The notes below the pieces were generated by a model, which was not told the DNA's origin, searched no databases, and saw nothing but the letters and a program-made list of their open reading frames with translations. A stretch of DNA of 64,000 bases. Origin: Chrysomallon squamiferum. Its lineage: Eukaryota > Animalia > Mollusca. The stretch covers positions 41,788,001 through 41,852,000 of the forward strand of contig CM022665.1 in assembly GCA_012295275.1 (NCBI GenBank), given 5' to 3'. Position numbers and translations under genes: made by a program. Below, piece by piece: positions 1 through 15,124 of the stretch. Each line of letters starts with the position of its first letter. The stretch's first letter is position 1.

Positions 1-59
1 GGAGATTGTTTCTTCGTCTGCGGCTATTGTGAACAAAAAAAAGAAAAAAGAAAAAAAGA

Positions 60-660
60 AAAGCAGACGGCAAAGAGCTGTTCTTGAAGACAGGACACTC
101 TGAACTTGGGCAAACAAAAGACCTCGTCAAGTGATGTTTGTACACAGTCGGTGTGGTATAACTCGCGGCTCATGCGACCATTGACGACTTCCCGCACAAC
201 AAAGACTCGCCTCCACGCTTCTCACAACACAACACAACACAACACAAACGCGGTCGATGTGTAAGACTTTCTTCCACCGATCCCGAAATTAACTTTTGCA
301 AAGCTACAAGATGAGAACGTTTTGACAACAGTTGGGCATCCAGCGCCCGCTGAAAAGAAATCGCGACAGGAGATCTGTCCTACGAGCGGAGCCTCGCAGT
401 CGAACAAGCGAATGTCACAACAAGCAAGCAGCAGACAATGGCGCGCGCGGTCGGAGCGTAGAGGAAAGAATGAATAAGGTCGCACAATACGCCCATGTTT
501 TCCCCCGTCTGGTTTTCATTGTCGGTCTTAGCGTATTGTGGACCTGTGAAAACATTTATAAACACAACACCGAAAATGGACATTTTAAGCTCGAGTTAAA
601 CAAGTTTCCATGCACGGCAATGATTGGGTTTAAGCACGGGACGGCTGTGTGTTCAGCTAG
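60..660 (-). promoter_or_regulatory. CpG-rich promoter or 5' leader-like island, probably of a gene lying left of the window
   Basis: Locally high CpG against an AT-rich background; CCAAT (attgg at ~623), TATAAA on - strand (555-560), Inr-like TCATTC on - strand (~468-473), Sox-like ACAATGG (436). Confidence 0.35.
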
Positions 661-1083
661 CAAAAGTTAGATGTCATAAATGTGTTAATCTCCTCGTTTA
701 TTCATTTTCAGTAAAGAAACACAGAGATGTAGTGCATTAAGCATGACAGGACAACAACAATAACAACAACAACAACAACAGTAGTAGCAACAGCAACAAC
801 AGCCGCCATAATAAAACAGTAAAGTGATTATAAGTATGCTACTACTACTACTATTATTACTGCTACTACTACTAATAATAATAATTATGATAATAACAAT
901 AACAGTAACTAATAATAACAACAACAACGACAAAGGACAAGGACAACAACAACAACAATAACAATAACAATAACAGCAACAAAAATGACTTACTCCAGTG
1001 TGTTGCTATTTTAATTTTACATAGACATGTTTTCTATTTATAAAAACGAGCATATATAAACACATTTACAAGTATATATATAT

Positions 1084-1162
<79 letters not shown>

Positions 1163-1369
1163 CACACACAGACATACATACACACAGATATATATATATA
1201 TACACACACATGTAGACACATAGATACATACATACATAACTAAAACAGTCTACATTTGGAGACCGATACATAATGCGATGTGTATTTTGCACAATAAAAT
1301 CTACACAGTTTTAATGACTTGTTTGAGTGTCTCCATACTGAGATGATGTAAATCTGAAAGTAAAGAGTA

Positions 1370-1655
1370 TTTTATTAATCCACAAAACAGCATTTTATTG
1401 ACGTCGGTCACATTGTTAAGCAACACTCAGAGAGGAAATTCGTTGTAATAATTTCAAGTGCTATTCTTTCTGATTAGCAGCAAATGATCTTTTACATGTA
1501 CCTTCTCATAGGCAGGACAGTACATATCACGACATTGTTATACCTGTTGTTGGCAATGACTGGAAAAAAAAAAAAAAAAAGATTCAGTTGTCACCCAAGA
1601 TGGATCGATCCGTTAACCCATCGCACACTGAGCGGACGTTTTACCACTGAGCTAT
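1370..1655 (-). mobile_element. Degenerate tRNA-derived SINE
   Basis: The - strand head TAGCTCAGTGGtaaaacgtccgctc...GGATCGATCC gives Pol III A box and B-box-like motifs. The body core gattagcagcaaatgatcttttacatgtaccttctcataggcaggacag recurs at 33217, 53154 and (inverted) 38072. Confidence 0.7.
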
Positions 1656-3188
1656 GTTGAGCAACTGAAAGTCAACGCATCTCTCTTTGTACACAGATCA
1701 TACGTTTAAACAAACCCGCTTCTCCTCATACACGAAACTTGAACAAGCGTGGATTGTATTATTCTGATTGAAAAATACCAGCTAAATAATAAAAAAAAAA
1801 AAAAAAAAAAAAAATTGTTGTATTTTCTGTTTTTCATTTCTGCGTGACTGACCAAATGGAAGCCATATGGACACAAACGTTCCCGGATCGGAAGTAAATC
1901 GTAATTCGAAACTTTGGGATGGAGTTTCAAATTGGTACATTACTTTACATACGTTTAGCAGATTAGAGTTAAGATTTCCAATTATATGCGTAAGTTTCTT
2001 AGGTGACAAAAAAAAAAAAAAAAGAATATATTTTTTATTTGGTGTAATTTTCTGGGTTAATCCTGTCTCTATTCGCGAGAAAAGCAGACACTCTCCATCT
2101 TGTTTTGTAAGCGATGTCTAACTCAATTAACGAAATCTGACACTGACTTCTACTTTTACAAAAGGTAAAATTTCGCAATGAATCTTTCACTCCCAGGGTA
2201 CCGGGATCAAGTTCTGCTAGCGTATTTCTTTGACATCTGTAGAAAAGATATTTAATTGTACGTAACGAGATAACTGTGACTATATTTGTCTCTGTACGTT
2301 CGTGTGGTATCTGGGATCGAATTCGGGTACAGGCTTTGCTGACAGACATCTGTCATTCAAATGAGATAAAAAAAAAAAATTAACTGCATGTACAATCATG
2401 ACTGCATGTGTCCATAAATAGCACCTGGTTATACAAAAAGCATGTACAGAATTCAAGGTTTTTTTTTTTTTTTTTTTTTTTTGTGTTTATATATAAATAT
2501 TTTTTTAATTTATTTTATTTTATTTTTTTTTTTTTTGATGAGGAAACTACCTATATTGTCATTAATTACAATATCGCCTCCAGATACTTGCTTACAAAAA
2601 TAATATCTAATTCATTTAATAAAATCCCTTACAAGATTTTGCACACACACACACACACACGCACACGCTCACGCACACACGCACTCACGCATACACGCAC
2701 GAACACACAGACGGATGATACAAATATCCTTAAACGAAGAAGTATTGTTTTTGTAATCAGTGACTAAGATCAGGAATCTCTTTCGTGTTTCAGGATCTAC
2801 GACAAGATCTGCACTATGCGAATATTTGTCCACAGATTTCCTGCAGCATGTGTGAAAATCAATAGAGACCTCTGATTATAAACACACATAAAACAAATAA
2901 CTGTCAGCAGTTTGAAGTAATTCTGGGATGCCCTGGATCGCACCCGCCTACTGGTTTCATAACATGGTATAAAGAGACTGAGATCTAGGAAATACAAAGA
3001 CACATATTTGTGTTTTATAGACAACTAGGTTTTAATAAAAGATGGTTGTAATAAATAGGATAACCCGGTTTAAAAAAAAAAAAAAAATTATAAATAAAAA
3101 CACAAGAATTATAAATAAAGAAATAAAAAAATCGAAATTTTAAAATTTACAACTGGATAAGAGAAAAAAGTTAAAAATAAAATAAAGC

Positions 3189-3228
<40 letters not shown>

Positions 3229-3325
3229 CAATAACAACAACGACAACAGTAATAATAATAATAAAAATAACAACAATAATAGTAATGATAATAATAATAA
3301 AAATAACAACAACAACAATAATAGT

Positions 3326-3372
<47 letters not shown>

Positions 3373-3482
3373 CAATAATAATATTCTTCTAAGAAAAAAA
3401 ATACTACTTAATATGTAGTTAAATAAAAATGAATCGCCATATAAATGTTCAGTATACAAATAATTTATACTGAAATGAAAAT

Positions 3483-3517
<35 letters not shown>

Positions 3518-3854
3518 ATTAACGAAAAGATAAACCTGAAGAATTAAACAAAAACTAATCTGGTCCACAAGACTCATAAATTATAAATGACCATCACAAA
3601 AAAAAAAAAAAAAAAAAAAAGACACGAAGAAAACATCACCGCCCGCAAGCTGGGAGATTTTCTTTTTAACAAAACAAAAAAACACACAAATTATCGTATT
3701 TTCCTCTAATTACTGAACCTCTGACCAGATGAAATTCTCGGAATTATAACGACAGTCCATGCACCAATCTGTCATAATATTGTTTTCTGACATTTCTGTT
3801 GACACGTGTATATACTATTTGTCCTTCGTTTTAGCCTTCGCGATTTTTTTTTCT

Positions 3855-3888
<34 letters not shown>

Positions 3889-4464
3889 TATGGATATGTG
3901 GAATTAACTCCTGTTTTCAAACTAATGAACCAATATATATAATTATTGTCACGATTCACGCAAACGCGCCGCCCGCCATGTTTCTCTGATAAGTAAATTA
4001 CTTACTAATCACCGTGCAAAAAAGAAAGGAAACATGCCTGTAATTATAATCAAAGAATAAATACAGGTAGCGCAGTGTCGAACACATTTACTTTGTTAAA
4101 GAAAAGAAGAAGAAGAAGAAGAAGAAGAAGAGAAAAAAAATAATTAATTACAAAAACTCTGACAGCGTCTCTCGGATTCTTCCAGTTGGAATTTTTTTTT
4201 TTTTTTTGATGTGCATTTGTTTCAGAGAGATAGAGATAAAGAAATGCAGGCAATAACACACACGCGCATACACATACACACACATACACACATACACACG
4301 CATACTTACATATGGAAAGAGATACTGATAAATGTACAGATACATAGATAGACAGATAGATGGATGGATGGAAGGATAGACATATTTATAGATAGATAGA
4401 CAGAGAGACAAATAAATAGACAGACTGCGTCAAGGAATGAGAAGAAATGGTGATAGAGGGAAGA

Positions 4465-4700
<236 letters not shown>

Positions 4701-5487
4701 GTGAGAGAGGCAGAGGGAGAGTAAGAAGACGATACTACAATTTGATCTTAGCGAAAAGGCCGAAGAGATAACTTGGAGGACATTAAGAATCTTGACAAAA
4801 ACTTTATTCTCGAGAAACAACAAGAAGAATCAGCTTCTCATTAAAATCGTCTTATTTCCACACACACACGTAACATATAACAATCTGTTCAGACTTCACA
4901 TTGACAAATATTACCAATCAACTCGTAAAATAATAACCATTCATTTTTTTTTTTTTTTTTCTATCTTTTTTTTTTTCTTTAACTGATTAAAGCGTCGTGT
5001 CTGATGGAACAAATTATGTTAGGATCTTCACAGGACAGAATGGTATTCGCTAGAGTAGCCATTCTGCTTAATGACAAATGACAAAACTGCTCTCAGCGTA
5101 ACATTAACATCAGTTTTGATCCATGTATCTGAACAAGCAACCCTAGAGAGACCATTTTACAACGGAAGGAAGGACGTGGTTTGTGTGCCATCGTCTTCAC
5201 AACATACACAGGTAACCCATGTGTTCGAGCCATCCCCGCTGTTTTCCCAACATCATTAGTAGAACCGGAAAACTCTTCTGTCTCTGGAGGCGGAAACAAA
5301 CCGAACGCGTCCGGCTGCGCTCGGGAACAAGACACGCGCATTGTTGGTTTGAACGATGTTTGTATTATTCGGCAGATCGATAGCAATTATTTTTCGGTTC
5401 GTTGACACATAACAAAATATAAGTCAAAGCTTTTGATATAAACTGCAGAGACTTTGAATTAATAGCGCTCAGATGTTCTTGTTTTAT

Positions 5488-5526
<39 letters not shown>

Positions 5527-5817
5527 CTCGAAGACGAGGTAATTCCCGGAGGTGTTTTCGTTCGGATACAATCGGGTGTTTTCGTCACGACGCGATATTG
5601 TTGCTGATGCCGTGAAATTAATCAGAATGACAACGCATTATCTCTTAAAAGGAAAGTGTAAGGTGGCCAGGCGTGAGGCTGACAACACTGCGAGTACGTG
5701 ATCATATCAATTTCAGATGTATACATCACATTAAAGAACGCAGGTTACCGGTTTAGGCGCCATCATTATGTACGTTTTGCCGTGTGCTTTTTATTTTTTA
5801 TTTTTTATTTCTTTCCC

Positions 5818-6185
5818 TTAATTCTTTCTTATTCATTCTTTCGTTAATTATTTAAGTTTCTTTCTTTCTTTCGTTAATTATTTCCTTTTTTTTTCTTTCT
5901 TTCGTTAATTATTTATCTTTCTTTCTTTCTTTCGTTAATTATTTATTTTTCTTTCTTTCGTTAATTCTTTCCTTTTTTTCTTTCTTTCGTTAATTCTTTC
6001 CTTTTTTTTTTCTTTCGTTAATTATTTATCTTTCTTTCTTTCGTTAATTTTTTTTTTTTTTTTTTTTTTTTATTCCTTTCGTAAATTCTTTTTTTCCCCT
6101 TTCCTTCGCTGATTCTTTATTTATCTGTCTTTCGTTAATTCTTCATTCTTTCGTTAATACTTTATTTTTCTTTCTTTCATTAATG
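5818..6185. repeat. Degenerate ~28-30-bp tandem repeat with TTCGTTAATT core, about 13 copies
   Basis: ctttcgttaatt recurs at near-constant spacing in a CT/T-rich matrix. Confidence 0.8.
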
Positions 6186-6545
6186 ATTTTTCTCTTTCTT
6201 TTCTTACTGCTTTCTTTCTTCTTTCTTTATTCGTCCATCCGTCCATCCACCTCTCCGTAAGTTTCTCTCTGTATCTGTTGTTCTATCTTTCCATAAAAAA
6301 AAAATATATATATCATGTTTATTATTTTCGCAAATAAATAAGCATTAATGAATAAAGGTTCACGTAAACAATAACAATAAATAAATAACGTAAATATATA
6401 AACCTATAGGGAAAAAAAAAAAAAAAAAAAAAAATTAAAATAAACGAACCAAAAAATAAACAAATGTGTAACAGACTAATACAGATATAAATAATATTAT
6501 AAACATGCAACCTTGCTCTTGAAATAAGTACTCTTTCAGCAAGTA

Positions 6546-6653
<108 letters not shown>

Positions 6654-6979
6654 ATAGTCTGAACGGGAGATACTGTAATGGATCCTCTAACATCGATCGA
6701 TCACGAAGTCTGCCGCTGCTCATTCAAACACTGAGCCCAATTCCCATCGTTCAGTATCGGATTCGGACAATTTGACGAGAGCTATCAATTAAGTTTAAGC
6801 CAAAATAATGATGCCGTTGTGGTTGATTGATCGTCGTCGCGTCGGTAGCTGGCATCGTCTTCTAAGACAATGACGTCGCCCATTGCCAACCCAACGTTCA
6901 CTGATTGTTCATTTGTTTTAAAAATGTGCAGTTTCACTTTCATGCTGTTTATTTGTAGTTGTTTGGTTGGTTTAATAAT

Positions 6980-7103
<124 letters not shown>

Positions 7104-7295
7104 GTCTCTCTGAGATACAAAGGCAGAAAGGAAGAAATAATATAGGCAATACAAATTGGAATCTGCTTAGCAAGGTAATTAATTCAGTAGACAAATAAAT
7201 GGATGGATGGATCGACAGACAAAGAAACACAGACTTTCAGATAAACTGATAGAAAGACAGACAAATGTATAAAGAAATAGATGTATATGTGTGTT

Positions 7296-7335
<40 letters not shown>

Positions 7336-8270
7336 CAAACATACATACATACACACACACACACGTACCTACTCACAAACAGACATACATATAAAATTAT
7401 GCACAATGAAAGAATGAGAAAAATCAACAACAAAAATAATTATACTAATAAATAAATAAAAATAAAAAAAAAAAAATAAATAAATAAATAAAATAAATAA
7501 ATAAACAGAGTTTCGAAACAATAAATAACAAACATATTTATGTCCTTCATTTTGCTGGTTTTAGTTATTTACTAAAGATCTCTTACAAAGAACTGTTAAA
7601 TGCTGTATCACAAGATTATCTCCGCCCACTAGTGTCTTTTCAGCTAACGACTTGTTGGTGGAACAGTTGACATCACATATGCCAACACTGGTTGACAGTT
7701 CAGGAAGCTGATCGATATTCCGCCATATAAAACTCCACCTCTATTAGCATTCTAAGCCACGCCCCTCTGTGAGTTACTTTTGCTATCGTCCAATGAATGG
7801 AACTTATTATAAACATGGGGGAAAAAAAACAAATATATATATATATATATGTATATATTATTTATTGCGTATTGTTTAAACTTTCTTAAATGAGTTTAGA
7901 GATCAAAATCATTTAATTAATTAATTTATTGATTTAATTATTTATTTAGTTAGTTAGTTAGTTACTTAGTTATTTAGTGAGTTTACCAGAAGCTTTCGAT
8001 TTTACATCAATAAACGAGAATTAAAGTATTTTTTCTCAATTTTTACTTAATATTATAATTTAAAATCTGTACCTAACAAAACGAAGGACACGCAAGCATT
8101 CACTTGTACACGTTTTGCGTGAGTGATATCAGAACTGGATGTCATTGCGTATTTGAGAGTTAAAAGAACAAATGTCTTCAAATAAAACAAACCACAATTC
8201 GTTTTAGAAGAAATGGTAATCGATAAGAAAATGACAGAAAACCTATGGAAACTTACATTTAAAAATTCTG

Positions 8271-8302
<32 letters not shown>

Positions 8303-10900
8303 AAACAATAATGTGATGTGATGGATTTATATATCACTTTTTCTTCCATCATCATTTTATATTTCTCCTTTCTTTGATTGTTCTTCTTGCCCTTGTTTTT
8401 GTTCTTCTTCGTCTTTGTGTTCTTCTGTCTAAGAATACTGAATAGTTGTTCCCGACATCATGTTTCGCTATTGTTTGAAATGTTGATATGGTTAAGATAT
8501 AAATACAACAATTACAGCAGAAATATTCTGTAAAATTAAGAATTTTGTTTTGCGAATATTTGTAAACATTTAATACGACAATATTATGCAGAAAGATGAT
8601 AAGAAATGCTTTATTTAAATATTGTGGATGTATGAATATGATAAATATGGTTTAAAAAAAAAGAAGAAGAAGATACAGACTGTTCCATCTTCGTGATAAT
8701 TATTGTCAGTGTATGTGAATTACTTTTATTTTAAAATTTAGAAAAATCGGCTTTTTGTGCGAACATTGTGTGTTGTATTTTTCATATAGATCATAAAACA
8801 GTGTCAAAATATTCCGTTTATAATTCCATTAATTTATTAATATCAAAACACACACACACAAAATAAATAAAATAAATAAAAATCCCGCAATATTTTGTTA
8901 CAATTAATATTCGAATACCGTGAAAGCATCAATATTATGTCCATTTTGACAGGAATTATTTCAAACTAAACTGTCATTTAAATGTCATCGCCAGAATGAA
9001 GCCACGAAACCCAGCGGTGGATGGTAACAACAATTATCTACAGCTGTCGGCGATTTTGTGGTCTTTGCTGGTAAGTAATGGTTAACAAACGAGAAGTGCC
9101 AGTCGACTGAACACTTGTTTACAAGCCGCAGATGACAACTCGAACTGGTACCGGTCGGACTGACACACTCCTGTAATTATGTAAACGAAGGGCTAATTAC
9201 AAACTGCCCAGTTTTATAATTGGCAGGTTTTAGGATTTAATTCGTTTATAGGTCTGCTCTTGATATATTTATTTGCTTTGGTCTGTGAAGTTTCGTCTGT
9301 AGTCAGTTTGGGTGATTTTTCTGAACTCTTGGACGCCGCGAAAACCAGGTGTTACGCAGTGGTTTTAATGTGGATTGACAGAAACTTCTAAAAACACGGT
9401 GTTTTTTTTTTTTTTTTTTAAACATGTGAATTAGTATGGGTCGTGTGCGTGTGTTTATTTATGTTACCGTGTACGGGCATTTATGTGTGCGAGCACGCGC
9501 CAGCCAGCGTGTGTGTGTTCTTAAGTGCGTATGTGTGTGTATGTATGTATGTATGTATGTATGTATGTATGTATGTATGTATGTATGTATATGTGTATAT
9601 GTATCTGTGCGTATGTTTTTATGTGTCTGTTTGTATGTATGTAAGTGTATATTTATGTATGTGTGTGTTCCAGAACCTATATATATATATAATTTAAAAC
9701 AACAACAAAAATATTACAAAATATTTTAAAAAACTCAACTACAATAAATAAATTGATAAATAAATAAATAAATAAATACATAAAAGAAAAGAAAAAGAAA
9801 CGCTAAGTATTTCCCGCCAGATGTTCCATCATTGTTGTCTCCATGGTAAAATTACGTCATTATTATTATTATCATTATTATTTTTTATTTTTTTTTATTT
9901 TTATTTTTTATGTTACAACTTACTTATAGTTAATATCATGTACATATGAGCGGATGTTGTATATCCCCACAGCTTTTGTTGTAAGTAGCATATAATCAAG
10001 CAACAGATTAACTCTTCAACTAAATTGTCCAATTCCGCTCGGAAATTTTCTGATTAGTGTAAATGTTATCTTTTTTGTTTCTCATCATATTCATTACGCT
10101 GGCAAACGGCGACACCGATATTTCCATTCTATAATAGTGGATAATTGAGGAAATTATTTCAATTGCGAGCACTGTGGGTCATTTATGTTTCTTCTGCCGT
10201 GTCAGACAATATTTATAACATAAATAGAGTCATTTCATCCGTGGGAAACAATGGGTGGTAGAGAGAAGAGGGTTGAGTTCGAGCGAGAGAGAGTAGAATG
10301 GATCGAGTGTCTGTCTGGGCTGACTTTTGTTAACTCAGTGTCCGTATCTGTCCGTGCGTCTAATAACATCTAGCAGTCTGTTTGTGCGTCTGTCTGTTTC
10401 TGTCCAGTTTAAGATGAGTTGTCTGCTGCTGTTACTAGTGTTAGTGTTACTATTACAGCAGCAGCAGCAGCATCAACAACAACAACTGCTAGTGTTAATA
10501 GAATTCGTTTATCGTCTGCTATTACTATTATTACGACACTATTGCAAGAACTACGATTATTTTTACTAGTACCACTACTATAACTACTATTACTGTTTTA
10601 TTACCATTACTACGACTACTACTGCTAATTCTACTACTACTACTGTCATTACTACTACTACTACCACTATCACTACTATCAATATCACTTTTGCTACTAC
10701 TTTTCCTTTACTTCTAATACTAAAACAACAACAAAATCTAATTATATTAAAACTATTACAAATAATATGTAACAGCAACAACGAAACAAAATAATAGCAA
10801 CAACAACGACAACATCAACAACTACAATAATCACAATAACAACAACATCAATAATAACAATAACAATAACAATAACAATAATAATAACAATAACAATAAC

Positions 10901-10953
<53 letters not shown>

Positions 10954-11488
10954 TACACGATGAAAACAAACGTAAATAAAACAATATGAAGAATCAGCTA
11001 ACAAACACGCACACCTACTGCATAAACTCAGACATCACATATTTTTATTTTATCTCGTGTAATAAAACCGAGAGTCAAATATCTGATTACAGGCCTTATT
11101 TAAATATCGTCACAGCAGCTGTACAATTAACATAATCCCCCGTTTTTAAGCCTTTTTAATGATAAACTTCCTACGTTAAACAAAACCCCATCTGATTTAC
11201 GTCCGTGCTTATCGCGTACGTTTGTCGTAAATGCCTCGCGTAAAGTATAGCATCATGTAGGCTGTGAGTAAAATAATACCTCAACTGTTTTGAAACTTGT
11301 AAAGTACTACAGCATCTGTTGTTAATAACTGAAGTGTTTGTTTTATTTTGTGTTTTATTTAAACTCTTATAAGAAAATTAAATTAAAAAAAAAAAAAAAA
11401 AGACTGAACGAAAACTTGAATACGTCTACTACTACTATTACTACTACTCATGCTCTACTGCTGTCACTACTACTATTGTTGCTTGCTG

Positions 11489-11526
<38 letters not shown>

Positions 11527-12350
11527 GCTACTACTACTACTACTACTACTGTTACTACTACTGAAGCTCTACTACTACTACTACTACTACTACTACTGTT
11601 ACTACTACTGAAGCTCTACTACTGCTACTACTACTAATTCTTACTATTATTATTATTATTATTATGAAAATGATGATGACGATAAAACTATCCAACGCCG
11701 TATAATGGTAAATAAAATATGTCAGGTTGACGTTAAATAAAACATTCCCTTCCTAATAATAATGATGATGATGATGATAAAACGAAGAATAACAAGGCAG
11801 TGATGATTCTGTTTGCCTACTAATATATTTTATTAAGTAAAATATGACAGTCTCGCAGAAACATTTTGTTTGACAGTTAAACCACTTTTTAATTTAATAT
11901 GCCGCGTAATTACAGTTTATAAATTGTACAGAAATAAAAACTGTGCGAAAGCACACTTTAACACAAAGGTACTAAATATAATTATTATTATTATAATTAC
12001 GATTAGATTTTTTTAAAGTTAAATCATTTAGAAAGACGAAATCATTGACAAGTTTATGAAAACTGGGGTTGAGATGAGTTTATTAGGCCTCGAATACGTT
12101 GTTGTATTTTCCCCATTGGTCACCGACAGAGAATAACGATCAGTTCCCATTGTTTAGATTAAGTAATATTATCATTTCGGTTGTATCCATCTTTTGCTGT
12201 TCTTGGCTGTAATCTATCCATCCGGTCCTCATAATCCACTTCTCCGCGTAACGTTTTAATACCACGAAATACCGGAAACGACAACACAAACGTTAATGTT
12301 TTTATTATTTTATTTTATACTTAAAAAACCAGAAAACAAAACAAAACAAA

Positions 12351-12381
<31 letters not shown>

Positions 12382-13178
12382 GAAAACAAAGAACGAACGA
12401 AAACGATGACAGAATCGTCATCTTTCGAGAGTCCTGTTTGCTTTTTAACATGGCGTCATCCATTAAACCGCCAAAGAATGAACGACAAACGCTGGTCCCA
12501 GTAATGACGCGTAAGGACGGAAAAACGCCAATGTGAACTTGTGTTCGTGATACAAAAAAAAACAAAAAAAAACTCCCCGACTCCCCGGCCAGACAGACAG
12601 GCACTCGTTGGACATGAGACGCGCTGCGAAGGAGAGATTAGTTTGCCCGCATTCAAACACAGTTACGACTCTGACTTTTAACCCGAGACCTGGGGCAAGT
12701 GGACACATGATGGACATTAGAGAAAGAAGAAGTACAGAAGTGGCCATTGTACGTGGAAGAACCCGGATGGGAGCAATTGTTTACGTTCTGTGTCAAGCAG
12801 GCTACGTTTAACCTCGCAGAGTTTGGCTGGCAGGGCCGCGGAGGCTATGGCGAACAAATGCAACAAAGATCTGATTATTAAACTGTTTAAATATGTCTTT
12901 AATTGCACGGAATATCTGATATCACAAGAGTCTGAAGGATAGCGGGTTCGGTTCGCTGCAAGAACCTCAAACGCTTTTGACAAAGGGAAAGAGATACAAG
13001 TACCACGTACAGCACGATTTGAAGCTTATTAAATATATTTTGTGATTGTTGCTTTATTTGTATCTGGACGTCAGTTTTGGTTGATGTATTAAAAATAATA
13101 ATAAAATAAATAAAAAGAAAGAAAGAAAGAAAGAAAGAAAAGAAAAAAAAAAAAACTGTTACAATATTATAACAAGTC

Positions 13179-13415
13179 CATTCAGATTCACGGAGTAAAT
13201 CATTTGCTTTTCTTTCTTTTATAAAAATGTAAAACAAATAACAACAACAACAACAAAATAAATAAATAAATAAATAAAAACAACAAACAAACAAACAAAC
13301 AACTCATTTCAAATTCACGGAGTAAATCATTTGCTTTCCTTTCTTGTGTAAAAATGAAAAACAAATAATGATAACAACAACAACAACAAAATAAAAAAAT
13401 AAATAAATAAATAAA
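13179..13415. repeat. Two-copy ~125-bp tandem duplication
   Basis: attcacggagtaaatcatttgcttt occurs at ~13186 and ~13313 with matching downstream sequence. Confidence 0.85.
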
Positions 13416-13824
13416 CACCGACCAAATAACTACTAATTAAATTTGTCGGAAATATCGTTTAGAGTAATTCAAAGCTGTTAACTAAATTAAGCTTAATTAT
13501 TTTCTAACTCTGACACAGTATGTAAATAATAATTATAATTATTCAGTAATGGTTTTATTTGCAATAAAAAAAAAAATAATAATAACAATAAACAAAAAAA
13601 AAAAAATATATAAAATACCACATACAATAAACGAAATAAAGAGAGGACTTTTACAAGATTCGAACACGCTGTCTACCAAATACATTACGAAATGAAACGA
13701 TCTTAACCGAGTGATCTTTAAAAAAAAAAAAACACACGATGCCCTTGCACGCCTACATCAAGAACACACAAAACGCAATGACATGCAGATATGTTTGGCA
13801 TTATAATTACGCAAATTAGAAAAG

Positions 13825-13862
<38 letters not shown>

Positions 13863-14527
13863 TTCGCATAATTTAATTACAGTTATTTAGTTCTCTCCCT
13901 TTTTTTTTCCACTAAAAAAAAAGAAAAAAAAAAAAAGCCCTGTGAACTAGCCTCGTTATGGTGTCACATTGCTGACGGAGGGCCGAGTTCCGTAATGTTG
14001 AAATTACGTGAACAAAATGCTGTGGCGACAACTTCATTGTGTAATGAGCGGCAAATAGAGGATATTAATCATTACCAGGTCGCTACATCAACAGAGCAGG
14101 TTAACACAGTGTACCGACAAATAATCGTGAGAAAGAGCAGTGGTATTTAGTATATATATGTATATTTTTTTATTATTATTTTTTTATTTTATTTTATTTT
14201 ATTTATTTTTTTTGTTTTTTACTTTTTATTATTATTATTTTTTTTTTTTTTTTTTTTATTTCATTTCATTTTACTTTTTATTATTTTTTTTTAAATTATT
14301 TTTTTTTTCATTTTTTATTATTATTATTTTTTTTTAATTACATCAGTTGTGATTGTTTCATTATTATTATTATTATTATTATTATTACTACTACTATCAC
14401 TACTACTATTATTGTTGCTGCTGCTGCTGTTGTTCTCAACATCATCATCAATATAATTATTATTATTGTTGTTATTACTACTACTGCTGCCACTACTACT
14501 ACTACTATAACAACAACAACAACAACA

Positions 14528-14558
<31 letters not shown>

Positions 14559-14580
14559 TTATTACTACTACTACCGCTAA

Positions 14581-14617
<37 letters not shown>

Positions 14618-14713
14618 TATAAATAACAGAAGGCTTAAAATTGATTTTAAATCCTTTTCAGGATTTAATATAATAATGTGTGCACATATATCTCTTTTCA
14701 TACATTTATGTTG

Positions 14714-14799
<86 letters not shown>

Positions 14800-15124
14800 A
14801 TTACTACAAAGATTTAAAAACAAAAATTGATTATATATTATTCTATAGTAATTAAAACTGTAATTATACGTAATAAATTATTACATTTTAATGACTTTAA
14901 GAAATAAATATAAATATCAGTAGATATTAGAGAAAGGGAGAGCCACCGGTATTTAATAATTATGATAATAAATAAATAAATATTTTCTTTTGTTTCTTTC
15001 TTTCTTCTTCCATCTTTTCTTTTCTTTTTTTTTTTTCTCTCTCTCTTTCCATTTCAAATTAACCCATTCTTTTATCCCTACCACCATAAGTTCATAATTT
15101 TTACGATAAACTCTAATTGGTCAA

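Noticed and set aside
222-670. Overlapping ORFs of 67-112 aa at the left edge
   Set aside because: Non-ATG starts, no recognisable domain; explained by locally higher GC.
1601-1655. Possible tRNA gene on the - strand
   Set aside because: A and B boxes are present but there is no complete cloverleaf or acceptor stem, and it continues into a dispersed repeat body, so it is a SINE head.
12305-12983. Cluster of short ORFs on both strands in a GC-richer island
   Set aside because: No domain similarity, no consistent splice sites, mostly non-ATG starts; treated as non-coding.
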